From: Candidatus Altiarchaeales archaeon
Lineage (GTDB): Archaea; Altiarchaeota; Altiarchaeia; IMC4; QMZM01
Assembly (NCBI GenBank): GCA_963749405.1
Contig: CAVVMY010000015.1
Location: forward strand, 287 to 64,286
DNA length: 64,000 nt
Direction: 5' to 3'
Every line of letters begins with the position of its first letter. The first letter of the stretch is position 1. Shown piece after piece: positions 37,104-46,398 of the stretch. The notes beneath the pieces were generated by a model that saw only the letters and a list, made by a program, of their open reading frames with translations, searched no databases and was not told where the DNA came from. Both the position numbers and the translations under genes were made by a program.

Positions 37104-37836
37104 TTTAGAAAGTTTTCCGCAAGAAACCTGCGGGCTTTAGCCCGCAGATGAATTGCGGCGTAATTCTGCAGGTGGGTGTCGTATTCTGTTTTGTTTTCCC
37201 TTGTTTCTTGCATGGGGAGAGGGCTTTTTATGGGTGTCGCGTTTTTGTAGACGCGCGCCTTCTCGCTACAAATTATTTATGGGTAGCGTGAGCTCTTTGT
37301 CTCCGGAGTCGATGGAAATGGGGCTGTTGAACTACACGCATTGTGTTGTGGGGGCTAACCTGCATCTGCAGTTTACGCCGGCGTATAGACGCGATATATT
37401 CTGTGATTCTGAGGTTATAACGCTGTGTCGGACGGTTTTTGGCGTCGTCGCCAAAGAACTCGGCGTAGAAATGGCGGCCTGCGAGTTCGGCCCGGACCAT
37501 GTGCATTTGTTTCTGTCCGGGTGGAAGAATTACGCGATACCCGACCTCGTTCAGCGGCTGAAGGGTCGAAGCAGCCGTGAAATACGAGAAAAACTCTGGA
37601 ACCGAATCAAGAGCAAATTGTGGGGCGACAAGTTCTGGAGTGGCGGATACTTCGCGGAAACCGTCGGACGAATAACCGCCGAAAACGCGAAGTATTACAT
37701 AGAACGCCAACAAGGGAAGCACTGGAACAGCTATCCGCTACCGCTCACTGAAAACACAGACCCGCAACAGCTAAAAATAACACAGTTCTAGAACCCGAAC
37801 AAGGACGCCCCGGCCTTCAGGCCGGGCGTAGTTCAC
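37104..37836 (+). mobile_element. IS200/IS605-family element (tnpA only), copy 2, 733 bp
   Basis: It has the same ends and hairpins as copy 1. It differs only around 37295-37335. Confidence 0.8.
37279..37791 (+). CDS. tnpA: IS200-type Y1 (HUH) transposase TnpA
   Basis: The core is identical to copy 1. The N-terminal residues read MGSVSSLSPESMEMGLLN, versus MGSVSSRLRSRWKWSLLN in copy 1. Confidence 0.75.
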   Translation: MGSVSSLSPESMEMGLLNYTHCVVGANLHLQFTPAYRRDIFCDSEVITLCRTVFGVVAKELGVEMAACEFGPDHVHLFLSGWKNYAIPDLVQRLKGRSSREIREKLWNRIKSKLWGDKFWSGGYFAETVGRITAENAKYYIERQQGKHWNSYPLPLTENTDPQQLKITQF

Positions 37837-38300
37837 AGAATGGAATTCTACTTGGGGTTCTATCTTTCACGTGTTTAATTGGTATTCTGTTAGTTTGCAT
37901 GGTCATCTATAGAAATAACAAAAACATGACTAAGTTGATTATTCTATTATTAATGCTTACTTTACTATTTGGGTTAATCTATCTCATTGTTTCTTCGATT
38001 ACAAGCGGGCAAGCATATATACTATGATTGGATGAAGAATATGTGGGGAGGGGGCGGGTGATTGTTTGCTTTATCTTGATTTTTATATCCTTACTCCTAA
38101 TTTTAACATTATTGGGCGCGGGCCCTTTATTTGTCATACAGTCGGAGATAGAATTTATGTTTTGGTGCTCAGTGAATAGTCATATTCCTGATGGTTCTCT
38201 TTAGTCTGTATTTTTAATCACCAAGTCCATAATTTTTATCCCACTTATGGGGTTTTTATTATTACTTCATATATTAGAGAAACAAGGTTAGAGATACAAA

Positions 38301-39290
38301 ATGGCGTCGCGTAATCGTCCCCGTCGGGGTTCCCTGGGTTTTAAGCCGAGGAAGAGGGCAAGGACCGAGACTCCGAGGATACGCTCATGGGCTGCTTCCA
38401 AGGAAGCAAAGATGCTGGGATTCGCAGGGTATAAGGCTGGAATGACTCACGTGATTGCCGTAGATAACCGGAAGCACAGCAAGACTGCCGGACTGGAGGT
38501 GTTCATACCCGTAACGGTTATAGACTCTCCGCCTATGACGGTTCTGGCAATAAGAGCCTATCAGAAGGCATATCTTGGGAAGGCCCCCTTAACAGATCTG
38601 TATGCTTCTGACCTCAAAGAAGACCTAAAGAAGAGGCTCTGCCTCCCGAAAACAATAGATGCCGCCAAGGCATTGAAAAGGATAGAGGAAAACCTTGATA
38701 GTATAAGCGATGTTAGGCTTATCGTATTAACCCAGCCTACTATGACGTCCATGTCTAAGAAGACGCCGGATGCAATGGAGATAGCCTTGGGAGGCACGGT
38801 TCCTGAGAAGCTGGAATATGCGAAGAAGGTCCTTGGAAAAGAGATAAATGCAGAGGACGTACTCACAAAAAGCAAATACATCGACGTGTCCGCAGTAAGC
38901 AAGGGCAAGGGATATGAAGGAATCGTAACAAGGCTTGGTACCAGGATACAGCCCCGTAAGACCGATAAAGGCCGAAGGCATGGAGGCTCTGGTGGTCCCT
39001 GGACTCCTGCGAGGAAGATGTGGCAGTGGCCTCTTCCCGGGCAGTTCGGCTATCATACCAGGACAGAATATAACAAGCTCGTAGTAGGCGTCGGAAAAGA
39101 CGGGAAGGACGTTACTCCGGCTGGAGGATTCCTGCATTATGGGCCTGTAAAAGGGTCATATGTGCTTTTATACGGTTCGGTTCCGGGTCCTGTGAAGAGA
39201 TTGATTAGGATCAGTCCTGCTCGCAGGCCGCTTCCGGATGCGAACTATGAAGTAACCCTGATAAATACGTCATCCAAGCAGGGTATGTGA
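38301..39290 (+). CDS. rpl3: 50S ribosomal protein uL3
   Basis: 329 aa. The N-terminus PRRGSLGFKPRKRA and later FAGYKAGMTHV are typical. It is the first gene of the conserved operon. Confidence 0.95.
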   Translation: MASRNRPRRGSLGFKPRKRARTETPRIRSWAASKEAKMLGFAGYKAGMTHVIAVDNRKHSKTAGLEVFIPVTVIDSPPMTVLAIRAYQKAYLGKAPLTDLYASDLKEDLKKRLCLPKTIDAAKALKRIEENLDSISDVRLIVLTQPTMTSMSKKTPDAMEIALGGTVPEKLEYAKKVLGKEINAEDVLTKSKYIDVSAVSKGKGYEGIVTRLGTRIQPRKTDKGRRHGGSGGPWTPARKMWQWPLPGQFGYHTRTEYNKLVVGVGKDGKDVTPAGGFLHYGPVKGSYVLLYGSVPGPVKRLIRISPARRPLPDANYEVTLINTSSKQGM

Positions 39291-39318
39291 TATTAATTGA
39301 AGGATTTGAGATAAAACG

Positions 39319-40116
39319 ATGGTCAACGTATATTCATTGGAAGGAAAAATCGTGGGCAAGGTGGATCTGCCTCGCGTGTTTAAGACGGATTTTCGTCCTG
39401 ACGTGATACAGAAAGCAGTCGTGTGCCTGCAGAGCAGCAAGAGGCAGCCTTATTCGAACAAGGAGAATGCTGGCATGTTCACCAGCGCGGACTACTTCGG
39501 GCGGAGGAAGGGCGCTTACAGGATGACGATAAACAAGGGCATGAGCCGGCTTCCAAGGGAGAAGAGCGGAGGAGGCGGCCTTGGAAAGGTGAGGCTTATA
39601 CCTAACTCGGTCGGCGGGCGCAGGGCTCATCCTCCGAAGAACAAGGATTGGACCAAGAAGATGAATAACAAGGAATACCTGCTGGCGATAAAGTCTGCCA
39701 TAGCTGCAACCCAGAACAAGGAATTCCTGACAGAAAGAGGCCATGACATAGAAGGCATTCCTGAGATTCCATTAGTCGTTGAAGACACATTCGAAAAAAT
39801 AGCCAAGACCAAAGACGTGATAGGAGCGCTCACTGCATTGGGGCTGGGGAACGATTTGTCTCGTGCAAGCGAGAAAAGCATACGCGCAGGCCGGGGCAAG
39901 ATGCGGGGCAGGAAATACCGTAAAAAGAAGTCCGCCTTGATAGTTTTCAAAGAGGATGCAGGCATCGTTAAAAGCGCAGGCAATATCCCGGGCATAGATG
40001 CGGTAGCACTTGAAGACCTGGACATCGAGCTTCTGGCGCCTGGGACGCATGCAGGCCGCCTGATAATCTGGACCAAGGGAGCGCTGGAGAACCTGGACAA
40101 AATAGTAGGTGAATAA
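39319..40116 (+). CDS. rpl4: 50S ribosomal protein uL4
   Basis: 265 aa. Its operon position and the motifs ...GGGRRAHPPK... and ...RAGRGKMRGRKY fit uL4. Confidence 0.95.
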   Translation: MVNVYSLEGKIVGKVDLPRVFKTDFRPDVIQKAVVCLQSSKRQPYSNKENAGMFTSADYFGRRKGAYRMTINKGMSRLPREKSGGGGLGKVRLIPNSVGGRRAHPPKNKDWTKKMNNKEYLLAIKSAIAATQNKEFLTERGHDIEGIPEIPLVVEDTFEKIAKTKDVIGALTALGLGNDLSRASEKSIRAGRGKMRGRKYRKKKSALIVFKEDAGIVKSAGNIPGIDAVALEDLDIELLAPGTHAGRLIIWTKGALENLDKIVGE

Positions 40117-40118
40117 GA

Positions 40119-40379
40119 ATGGATCCTCATAAAGTATTACTCTACCCCATCATGGGCGAAAAAGCCACCATGCTCAGAGAGAAAGAGAACAAGCTAAGCT
40201 TCATAGTCGATAAGTCGGCAGGCAAGAAAGACGTGAAGGAGGCCGTAGAATCCCTTTATAACGTAAAAATAGTCGGCCTAGACAGCATGATTACGACTAC
40301 AGGCGAGAAAAAGGTTCATGTTAGGCTGGATGCCAAATATTCTGCGGAAGAGGTGGCGTCGCATTTCGGAGTATTATAG
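40119..40379 (+). CDS. rpl23: 50S ribosomal protein uL23
   Basis: 86 aa, assigned from operon position and the L23 pattern (LLYPIMGEKA...FIVD..A.K..VK.AVE.LY.VKV). Confidence 0.9.
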   Translation: MDPHKVLLYPIMGEKATMLREKENKLSFIVDKSAGKKDVKEAVESLYNVKIVGLDSMITTTGEKKVHVRLDAKYSAEEVASHFGVL

Positions 40380-40406
40380 ATCATTTTAATAACTTAAGAT
40401 ATCAGA

Positions 40407-41135
40407 ATGGGCAGAAGGACTATCACCAGGAGGAGGGGCCGCGGAGGTCCAAGGTATCAGGTACCAAGCTTTAGGTTCGAGGGCGGGGTAAATTATCCAC
40501 AAGGCCCAAAATATGCGGGAGGCATAGGCGGACAGATCATTAGCATAGATAACGACCCTGCGAGGACTGCGCCTGTTGCAAAGATATTGCTTGAGGATTT
40601 CCAGGAAATAAGGCTTATCGCTTCGGATGGTATGAAAGTCGGTCAGTGGGTAAGTATTGGCGGAGAGGCAAAGCAGGAGACAGGCAACGTCCTAACCCTT
40701 GGCAAGATAGCCGAAGGAACCCTGGTTTACAACATAGAACTGCGAGCCGGCGACGGCGGGAAGATCGTGAGGTCTTCAGGAGCTGCTGCGGCTATTGTTT
40801 CGCATGACCATGAGAAGGGCATAACCTATGTGAAATTGCCTTCCAAGAAGACTGTTGAGCTTTCCAGCGAGTCTCGCGCCACCATCGGAACCGTTGCCGG
40901 AGGCGGCAGGACTGAGAAGCCGATGGTCCGCGCAGGGCAGAACTATCACCGCTGCAAGGCCAGAAACAAGCTGTATCCGCGCGTAAGAGGGGTTGCGATG
41001 AACGCGCAGAACCACCCCCATGGGGGAGGCTCTCACGGCTATACCGGCAGGCCTGCTTCAGTTGCACGTAATACGCCTCCAGGCAGAAAAGTCGGTATGA
41101 TAGCGCCCAGCAGAACCGGCAGGCGTAAGAGATAA
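40407..41135 (+). CDS. rpl2: 50S ribosomal protein uL2
   Basis: 242 aa. The C-terminus reads ...RVRGVAMNAQNHPHGGG.... Confidence 0.95.
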   Translation: MGRRTITRRRGRGGPRYQVPSFRFEGGVNYPQGPKYAGGIGGQIISIDNDPARTAPVAKILLEDFQEIRLIASDGMKVGQWVSIGGEAKQETGNVLTLGKIAEGTLVYNIELRAGDGGKIVRSSGAAAAIVSHDHEKGITYVKLPSKKTVELSSESRATIGTVAGGGRTEKPMVRAGQNYHRCKARNKLYPRVRGVAMNAQNHPHGGGSHGYTGRPASVARNTPPGRKVGMIAPSRTGRRKR

Positions 41136-41138
41136 AAA

Positions 41139-41549
41139 ATGGCAAAGAAAAAGATTACATATCGCGGATTTGAATTAGAAGTGCTGCAGGCCCAATCAAT
41201 GGACGAGCTTGTGAAGATAATGCCTGCACGCATCAGAAGGTCTCTTAAGAGAGGATTCACCGAAATGCAAAAAAAGCTCCTTGCCCGCGTAAAGGAGGCA
41301 AGAAAAGAGTTAGACGCAGGCAAGAAGATAAAGCCTATCAGGACAGAGTGCAGGGATATGCCGATACTCCCGGACATGGTGGGCATGGAGTTCGAAGTAT
41401 ACAACGGAAAAGAATTCCTAAGATTTTCAGTAGAGATCGAGATGATAGGCCAATACCTCGGCGAATTCGCATTAAACAGAAAGCCTGTGAAGCATTCAGC
41501 CCCAGGGATCGGTGCTACACGGTCTTCGCTATTCGTCCCGGTCAAATAA
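41139..41549 (+). CDS. rps19: 30S ribosomal protein uS19
   Basis: 136 aa containing ...VYNGKEF..VEI...IGQYLGEFA..... Confidence 0.95.
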   Translation: MAKKKITYRGFELEVLQAQSMDELVKIMPARIRRSLKRGFTEMQKKLLARVKEARKELDAGKKIKPIRTECRDMPILPDMVGMEFEVYNGKEFLRFSVEIEMIGQYLGEFALNRKPVKHSAPGIGATRSSLFVPVK

Positions 41550-41568
41550 TCAAAATGTTAGCTTTAAG

Positions 41569-42012
41569 ATGGAATTAGATTATTCGCTTAAGCCCCAGAA
41601 CGAGGCAAAGGTTGCCAAGGCAATAGGCAAAGACGTAAACGTATCCTTCAAAAAGGCCGTAGCAGTCTGCGACAGCGTCAGGGAGAAGAACCTATCGGAG
41701 GCAATAGCTCTCCTGGAAAGGGTCATCGCCCTGGAACAGGCCATACCCTTCAGGAAATACAACAAAGGAGTCTCCCACCGGACAGGCGTCGGAATAGCCA
41801 AATACCCAAAGAAGGCCGCATCCGAGGTGCTCAAAGTCCTGAAAAACGCCCAAAGCAACGCAGACTACAAGGGACTGGACAACGAAAGGCTCAGGATAAT
41901 AAACATACAGGTCAACAAAGGCCAGAGCCGGAAAAGAAGAAAACCCAAAGGCAGATGGAAGGCCTGGAAGACCCAATACGTCTGCATACAGGCAGTCGTA
42001 AAAGAGATTTGA
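41569..42012 (+). CDS. rpl22: 50S ribosomal protein uL22
   Basis: The start is taken at MELDYSLKP (ATG 41569). The track ORF start at 41512 overlaps rps19. Confidence 0.85.
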   Translation: MELDYSLKPQNEAKVAKAIGKDVNVSFKKAVAVCDSVREKNLSEAIALLERVIALEQAIPFRKYNKGVSHRTGVGIAKYPKKAASEVLKVLKNAQSNADYKGLDNERLRIINIQVNKGQSRKRRKPKGRWKAWKTQYVCIQAVVKEI

Positions 42013-42039
42013 TAAAAATTTTACCCAAAAAACACTAAA

Positions 42040-42903
42040 ATGGCAATGGAGAGGCATTTCATCCAAGAAGGAATCATCAGATCAGAAATAGAGACCTTCC
42101 TGAGAAGAGAACTTGAAGGAGCAGGATACTCGGGGATAAACATACAGAAGACACCCCTCGCAACAAGGGTCGTACTATACGTGGAAAAGCCGCCACTAGT
42201 CATCGGAAAAAAAGGCCGCAGAATAAACAAACTCACAAGATTCCTCAAAGAAAAATACGGCATAGACAACCCGGCAATAGACGTACAAACCGTTGAAAAC
42301 CCAAACCTGGACCCAAACATCGTCGCACGCAGAATAGTCCAATCCCTGGAAAAAGGGATGAACAGAAGACGCGTCGTATACAAAGCCGTAAGATCCGCTC
42401 TTGGCTCCGGAGCAAGAGGAATCGAAGTAATAGTCGCAGGAAAAATCATAGGAAAAGGCGGAAGAGCAAAGCAGGAAAAATACCTCCAAGGATACATGAG
42501 AAAAGTAGGAGACTCCGCAAAACTCGTCAGGACCGGCTCAACACAAGCCTTCATGAAAGCAGGAGTCATAGGCATAACCGTAAAAATAGTTCCGCCAGAC
42601 ATCGTTTTCCCGGACCAGATAGAGATCAAGATGCCTGTAAAAGCTGAGCCTGAAAAAGCCAAGGAACCACTTCCTGCCGCTCCAGAGGCTAAAAAGGAGG
42701 AAACAGCACCAGCACCCGATATAAAGGCTGAAGAGGCTAAACCCTCTGAAAAAGCCGGAGCAAAGAAAGAAAAACCAAAGATTCCAATAGACAAAAAAAC
42801 AGCCAAGAAGATAGGCGTCGAAGAAGTCCTGGAAGAACTCGCAGAACCGGCGGAAGAAGAACCAGGAGAGCCGGAAGCAGACATAGACAAAGAAGAAGCC
42901 TGA
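42040..42903 (+). CDS. rps3: 30S ribosomal protein uS3 with about 85-aa K/E/A/P-rich C-terminal extension
   Basis: 287 aa. The KH domain reads FIQEGIIRSEIETFL...VIGKKGRRI. Confidence 0.95.
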   Translation: MAMERHFIQEGIIRSEIETFLRRELEGAGYSGINIQKTPLATRVVLYVEKPPLVIGKKGRRINKLTRFLKEKYGIDNPAIDVQTVENPNLDPNIVARRIVQSLEKGMNRRRVVYKAVRSALGSGARGIEVIVAGKIIGKGGRAKQEKYLQGYMRKVGDSAKLVRTGSTQAFMKAGVIGITVKIVPPDIVFPDQIEIKMPVKAEPEKAKEPLPAAPEAKKEETAPAPDIKAEEAKPSEKAGAKKEKPKIPIDKKTAKKIGVEEVLEELAEPAEEEPGEPEADIDKEEA

Positions 42904-42935
42904 TTTAATAACCAGACTCGATAATTATAATTAAC

Positions 42936-43178
42936 ATGGCAATATTGCGCAACAGCGAAATACGGGAACTCGGCAGTGCAGAGCTGGAAGACAAACTCTC
43001 ACAGCTGCAAAGTGATATGATGAAGATCCGAGGAGTTCTGGCCTCAGGCGGCATCCCTGAACACGTAGGCAAAATGAGGGAAACCCGCAGAACCCTGGCC
43101 AGAATACAGACCTACAAAAGCAGCCAAACAAAACAACCATCAAAGGATCAGAAAACCAGCAAAACCCAGAAGAAATGA
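42936..43178 (+). CDS. rpl29: 50S ribosomal protein uL29
   Basis: 80 aa. The sequence LRNSEIRELGSAELEDKLSQLQSDMMKIR fits uL29. It has a short K/Q/S-rich tail. Confidence 0.9.
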   Translation: MAILRNSEIRELGSAELEDKLSQLQSDMMKIRGVLASGGIPEHVGKMRETRRTLARIQTYKSSQTKQPSKDQKTSKTQKK

Positions 43179-43471
43179 ATTGCCAAAGATGCGGTCTTCC
43201 CAAGGAGTTATGCGTCTGCGACGAGATGACGCGGGAAGGCCAAAGGATACGCGTCCGCAGCGACAAAAGACGATACGGAAAATTTGTAACGCTCGTGGAC
43301 GGATTCAAAGACGTAGACATAGACAAGGTAGCAAAAGAGCTTAAAAGACGGCTCGCATGCGGCGGAACCCTGAAAAACGACACAATAGAACTACAAGGCG
43401 ACCAAAAGAAACGAGTTAAAGGCGTTCTTGTAAGCATGGGGTTCTCGCAGGACATGATAGACGTGCTCTAA
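43175..43471 (+). CDS. translation initiation factor aIF1 (SUI1)
   Basis: 98 aa. It contains CQRCGLPKELCVCDE and ...GKFVTLV.G......KELKRRLACGGT.K. Confidence 0.9.
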   Translation: MNCQRCGLPKELCVCDEMTREGQRIRVRSDKRRYGKFVTLVDGFKDVDIDKVAKELKRRLACGGTLKNDTIELQGDQKKRVKGVLVSMGFSQDMIDVL

Positions 43472-43500
43472 GAAAAACCCTTCAGACAAAAAAAATACGG

Positions 43501-43782
43501 ATGATTACCCCCTACAACATCCTAAGACATGAGTTCACAGGCCTACCCGTGCGCATAATATCCGCAACACACGAAGGATACAAATGCGCAGGCATAATAG
43601 CCGACGAAACAAGGAATACGATAAAGATCAAAACAGACTCAGGCATAAAAACCCTTCCCAAGGATTGTATCACACTGGAAGTAACCCTTCCACAGGGAGA
43701 GATAGTGCGCGTCGACGGAAAACTCCTGCTCTCAAGGCCCGAGGACCGCATCAAGAAAAAATACAGGATAAAGTTCATCTGA
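43501..43782 (+). CDS. rnp1: RNase P protein component 1 (Rpp29/Pop4)
   Basis: 93 aa. The pattern L.HEF.GL.V.I...T...Y.G..G.I.DETRNT..I fits the family. Its operon position is conserved. Confidence 0.85.
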   Translation: MITPYNILRHEFTGLPVRIISATHEGYKCAGIIADETRNTIKIKTDSGIKTLPKDCITLEVTLPQGEIVRVDGKLLLSRPEDRIKKKYRIKFI

Positions 43783-43797
43783 CAAAAAATAATAAAA

Positions 43798-44139
43798 ATG
43801 GCAAAAGTCGAGAAAAAAGAAAGCAAAAAGAAAACCGAATGCCAGGACAGAAACTGCCCCCAGCACGGCACCCTCCCAACCAGGGGAATGATACTGGACG
43901 GAGTCGTGGCATCGGATAAGATGGACAAAACAGTAATCGTCCAGAGAAGCTACTACGTAAAACTCAAAAAATACGACAGATACCGGCCCAAGAAATCAAG
44001 AATACCCGCACACAACCCCCCATGCATAAACGCCAAAACCGGCGACCACGTGAAAATAATGGAATGCAGAAGACTAAGCAAGACCGTAAGCTTCGTAATC
44101 ACTGAAAAACTACCCAGCGAAACTAAGGCAACCGCATGA
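43798..44139 (+). CDS. rps17: 30S ribosomal protein uS17
   Basis: 113 aa, assigned from operon position and C.D.NCP.HG.L..RG..L.G.V.S.KM.KTV.V. Confidence 0.95.
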   Translation: MAKVEKKESKKKTECQDRNCPQHGTLPTRGMILDGVVASDKMDKTVIVQRSYYVKLKKYDRYRPKKSRIPAHNPPCINAKTGDHVKIMECRRLSKTVSFVITEKLPSETKATA

Positions 44140-44159
44140 TATAAGAAGAACAAGACAAA

Positions 44160-44597
44160 ATGGCTAAACCACTCGGCGCAATGAAGAACCTGCCTCTGGG
44201 CAAAGCAACAACCGCAAACATAACCCGGACGCTCACAACAAACGCCCGCCTGGTATGCGCAGACAATACCGGAGCAAAGGAACTTGAGATCATAGCAGTC
44301 AGAGGCTACAAAGGAATCCACAACCGTATGCCAAGGGCCGGCGTAGGAGACCTCATAGTAGTGACTGTGAAAAAAGGAAAGCCGGAAATAAAGCACCAGG
44401 TACTGCTGGCAGTCATAATACGGCAGAGACAACCCTACAAGAGATACGACGGCTCCAAGATAAAATTCGAAGACAACGCCGCAGTCATCGTAACAGAAGA
44501 AGGCCTGCCCAAAGGAACGGAAGTAAAAGGCGCAGTAGCAAGAGAAGCCGCAGACAAATGGAACAAAATAGGAAGCCTGTCAGGCATCGTAGTATAA
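44160..44597 (+). CDS. rpl14: 50S ribosomal protein uL14
   Basis: 145 aa containing ...L.CADNTGAKE...I..... Confidence 0.95.
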   Translation: MAKPLGAMKNLPLGKATTANITRTLTTNARLVCADNTGAKELEIIAVRGYKGIHNRMPRAGVGDLIVVTVKKGKPEIKHQVLLAVIIRQRQPYKRYDGSKIKFEDNAAVIVTEEGLPKGTEVKGAVAREAADKWNKIGSLSGIVV

Positions 44598-44615
44598 AAC
44601 CAATCCACGACTAGA

Positions 44616-44987
44616 ATGAAAACACAACCCACATCATCCAAACCCAGAAAACAAAGGAAATGGCTGGCAGACGCCCCACTACACAAACGCCAGAAGATGC
44701 TGGCATCCACCCTCAGCAAAGAACTACGCACAAGATACAAGAGAAGATCCCTCTCAGTACACAAAGGAGACAGGGTAAAAGTCATGCGCGGCGAATACAA
44801 GGGAACAACCGGCCTAGTCATGAAAGTGGACCTCAAAGAATACACGATATACGTAGACAGCGTAAAAGCAAAAAAGGTAAACGGCACCGAAGTACCCAGG
44901 CCCATCAGCCCATCGAATGTAATGCTCACAGAGCTCATGACCGAAGACAAAGAAAGAAGGGATTTATTAGAGCGTAAGACCAAATAA
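44616..44987 (+). CDS. rpl24: 50S ribosomal protein uL24
   Basis: 123 aa. The KOW motif is in VHKGDRVKVMRGEYKGTTG.V. Confidence 0.95.
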   Translation: MKTQPTSSKPRKQRKWLADAPLHKRQKMLASTLSKELRTRYKRRSLSVHKGDRVKVMRGEYKGTTGLVMKVDLKEYTIYVDSVKAKKVNGTEVPRPISPSNVMLTELMTEDKERRDLLERKTK

Positions 44988-45009
44988 CTAACTCAACTTC
45001 AAAGACAAG

Positions 45010-45675
45010 ATGCACACCAAAAGAATCTCCGCCGGATACGGAAAAGAAAACAAATGGGTAGCAACCCCGAACCCAGGAGCACACTCCAGAAAGGAAAGCA
45101 TACCCTTACTCCTAGTGATAAGAGACATACTGGGATACGCAGACACATCCAAAGAAGCAAAAAAGATAATACACGATGGCCTAGTCACAGTAGACAAAAA
45201 AACCAGAAGAGAACACAAATACGGAACAGGCCTAATGGACGTAATAGAAATACCCACACTCTCCAAACACTACAGACTGATCCCCGGAAAGAAAGGACTG
45301 GAACTGAAAGAAATAGACGAAAAAGACGCAGGCATAAAACCCTGCCGCATAATAGGCAAAACAAAGATCAAAGGAGGAAAGACGCAACTGATCCTCCACG
45401 ACGGCGGAGCACTGCTCACAGAAAAAGATGAATACAAGACCAACGACACCATCGTAGTCGAGCTCCCACAACGCAAAATGTACGACGCAATACGATTCGA
45501 AAAAGGAAACCTGGCCCTCATCTATAAAGGAAGACACAAAGGCATGTCAGGCAAGATAAAAGACATAATACCCGCAACAGCCACAAGAAAATCCGTAACC
45601 ACGCTCGAAGACATGCAAACACTAACCGAATACTCATTCATCATAGGAAACGACAAACCAGTGATAAAAATCTGA
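45010..45675 (+). CDS. rps4e: 30S ribosomal protein eS4
   Basis: 221 aa starting MHTKRISAGYGKENKWV..... Confidence 0.9.
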   Translation: MHTKRISAGYGKENKWVATPNPGAHSRKESIPLLLVIRDILGYADTSKEAKKIIHDGLVTVDKKTRREHKYGTGLMDVIEIPTLSKHYRLIPGKKGLELKEIDEKDAGIKPCRIIGKTKIKGGKTQLILHDGGALLTEKDEYKTNDTIVVELPQRKMYDAIRFEKGNLALIYKGRHKGMSGKIKDIIPATATRKSVTTLEDMQTLTEYSFIIGNDKPVIKI

Positions 45676-45683
45676 ACGCAAAA

Positions 45684-46208
45684 ATGAACTACGACAACCC
45701 CATGCGCAAGCCCAGAATAGAGAAAGTAACCCTAAACATAGGCGTAGGCCAAAGCGGGGAAAAACTAGGAAAAGCAGAAACACTGCTACAAAAGATCACA
45801 AACAGAAAGCCCGTAAGATGCGTATCCAAACACAAAATACCCACCTGGAACATTAAAAAAGGAGACCCGATAGGCTGCAAAGTAACCCTAAGAGGCCCCG
45901 CAGCAGACGAAGTACTGAAAAGAGGCTTCGCAGCAAAAGACAACATGCTAAAACCAGACTGCTTCGACGAACACGGAAACTTCTCCTTCGGAGTACATGA
46001 ATACATCGACATACCCGGCATAAAATACGACCCGGACATAGGCATCATGGGAATGGACTACACAGTAACCATGCAAAGACCCGGCTACGGCATAAGAAAA
46101 AGAAGCATACGCCCAGGAAAAATACCTGTCAAATCCACGATAACCAAAGACGAGACCATAGACTACATAAAAGAAAAATTCAACATAACAATATCAGAGG
46201 AAGATTAA
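45684..46208 (+). CDS. rpl5: 50S ribosomal protein uL5
   Basis: 174 aa starting NPMRKPRIEKVTLNIGVG.... Confidence 0.95.
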   Translation: MNYDNPMRKPRIEKVTLNIGVGQSGEKLGKAETLLQKITNRKPVRCVSKHKIPTWNIKKGDPIGCKVTLRGPAADEVLKRGFAAKDNMLKPDCFDEHGNFSFGVHEYIDIPGIKYDPDIGIMGMDYTVTMQRPGYGIRKRSIRPGKIPVKSTITKDETIDYIKEKFNITISEED

Positions 46209-46210
46209 GA

Positions 46211-46381
46211 ATGGTCCAAAAAGAACCCCTAGTCAAAAAGAATCAAAAAATGGATGCAAGAAACCTTATGTGCTCAATATGCGGAGCACAAAGAGGCCTC
46301 ATCCACAAATACCGCCTGCACATCTGCAGAAGATGCTTCAGAGAAGTAGCCTTCAGGATAGGCTTCAGAAAATACTCCTAA
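46211..46381 (+). CDS. rps14: 30S ribosomal protein uS14 (zinc-binding type)
   Basis: This 56-aa ORF is below the track cutoff: MVQKEPLVKKNQKMDARNLMCSICGAQRGLIHKYRLHICRRCFREVAFRIGFRKYS. It has the C..C...C..C motif and sits in the conserved position after uL5. Confidence 0.85.
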   Translation: MVQKEPLVKKNQKMDARNLMCSICGAQRGLIHKYRLHICRRCFREVAFRIGFRKYS

Positions 46382-46398
46382 AAACAATCAAACCCACA

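Noticed and set aside
37837-38300. Short hydrophobic ORFs (for example MTKLIILLLMLTLLFGLIYLIVSS...) between IS copy 2 and rpl3, and a similar 37-aa ORF at 2403..2516
   Set aside because: They are too short, with no conserved motif. AT-rich intergenic DNA readily yields Leu/Ile/Phe-rich peptides, so they are not reported as features.
42021-42890. 289-aa minus-strand ORF covering the whole rps3 gene
   Set aside because: It is a shadow ORF antisense to a clearly identified uS3 gene. It is low-complexity (S/A/G/F-rich) and matches no family pattern. The same applies to 41039..41545, 44435..44983 and 43512..43928, which lie opposite other r-protein genes.
46270-46398. Upstream extension of the uS7 ORF
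   Set aside because: It overlaps the uS14 gene in another frame, and the uS7 family pattern begins at MEEIKLFGKW (46399).
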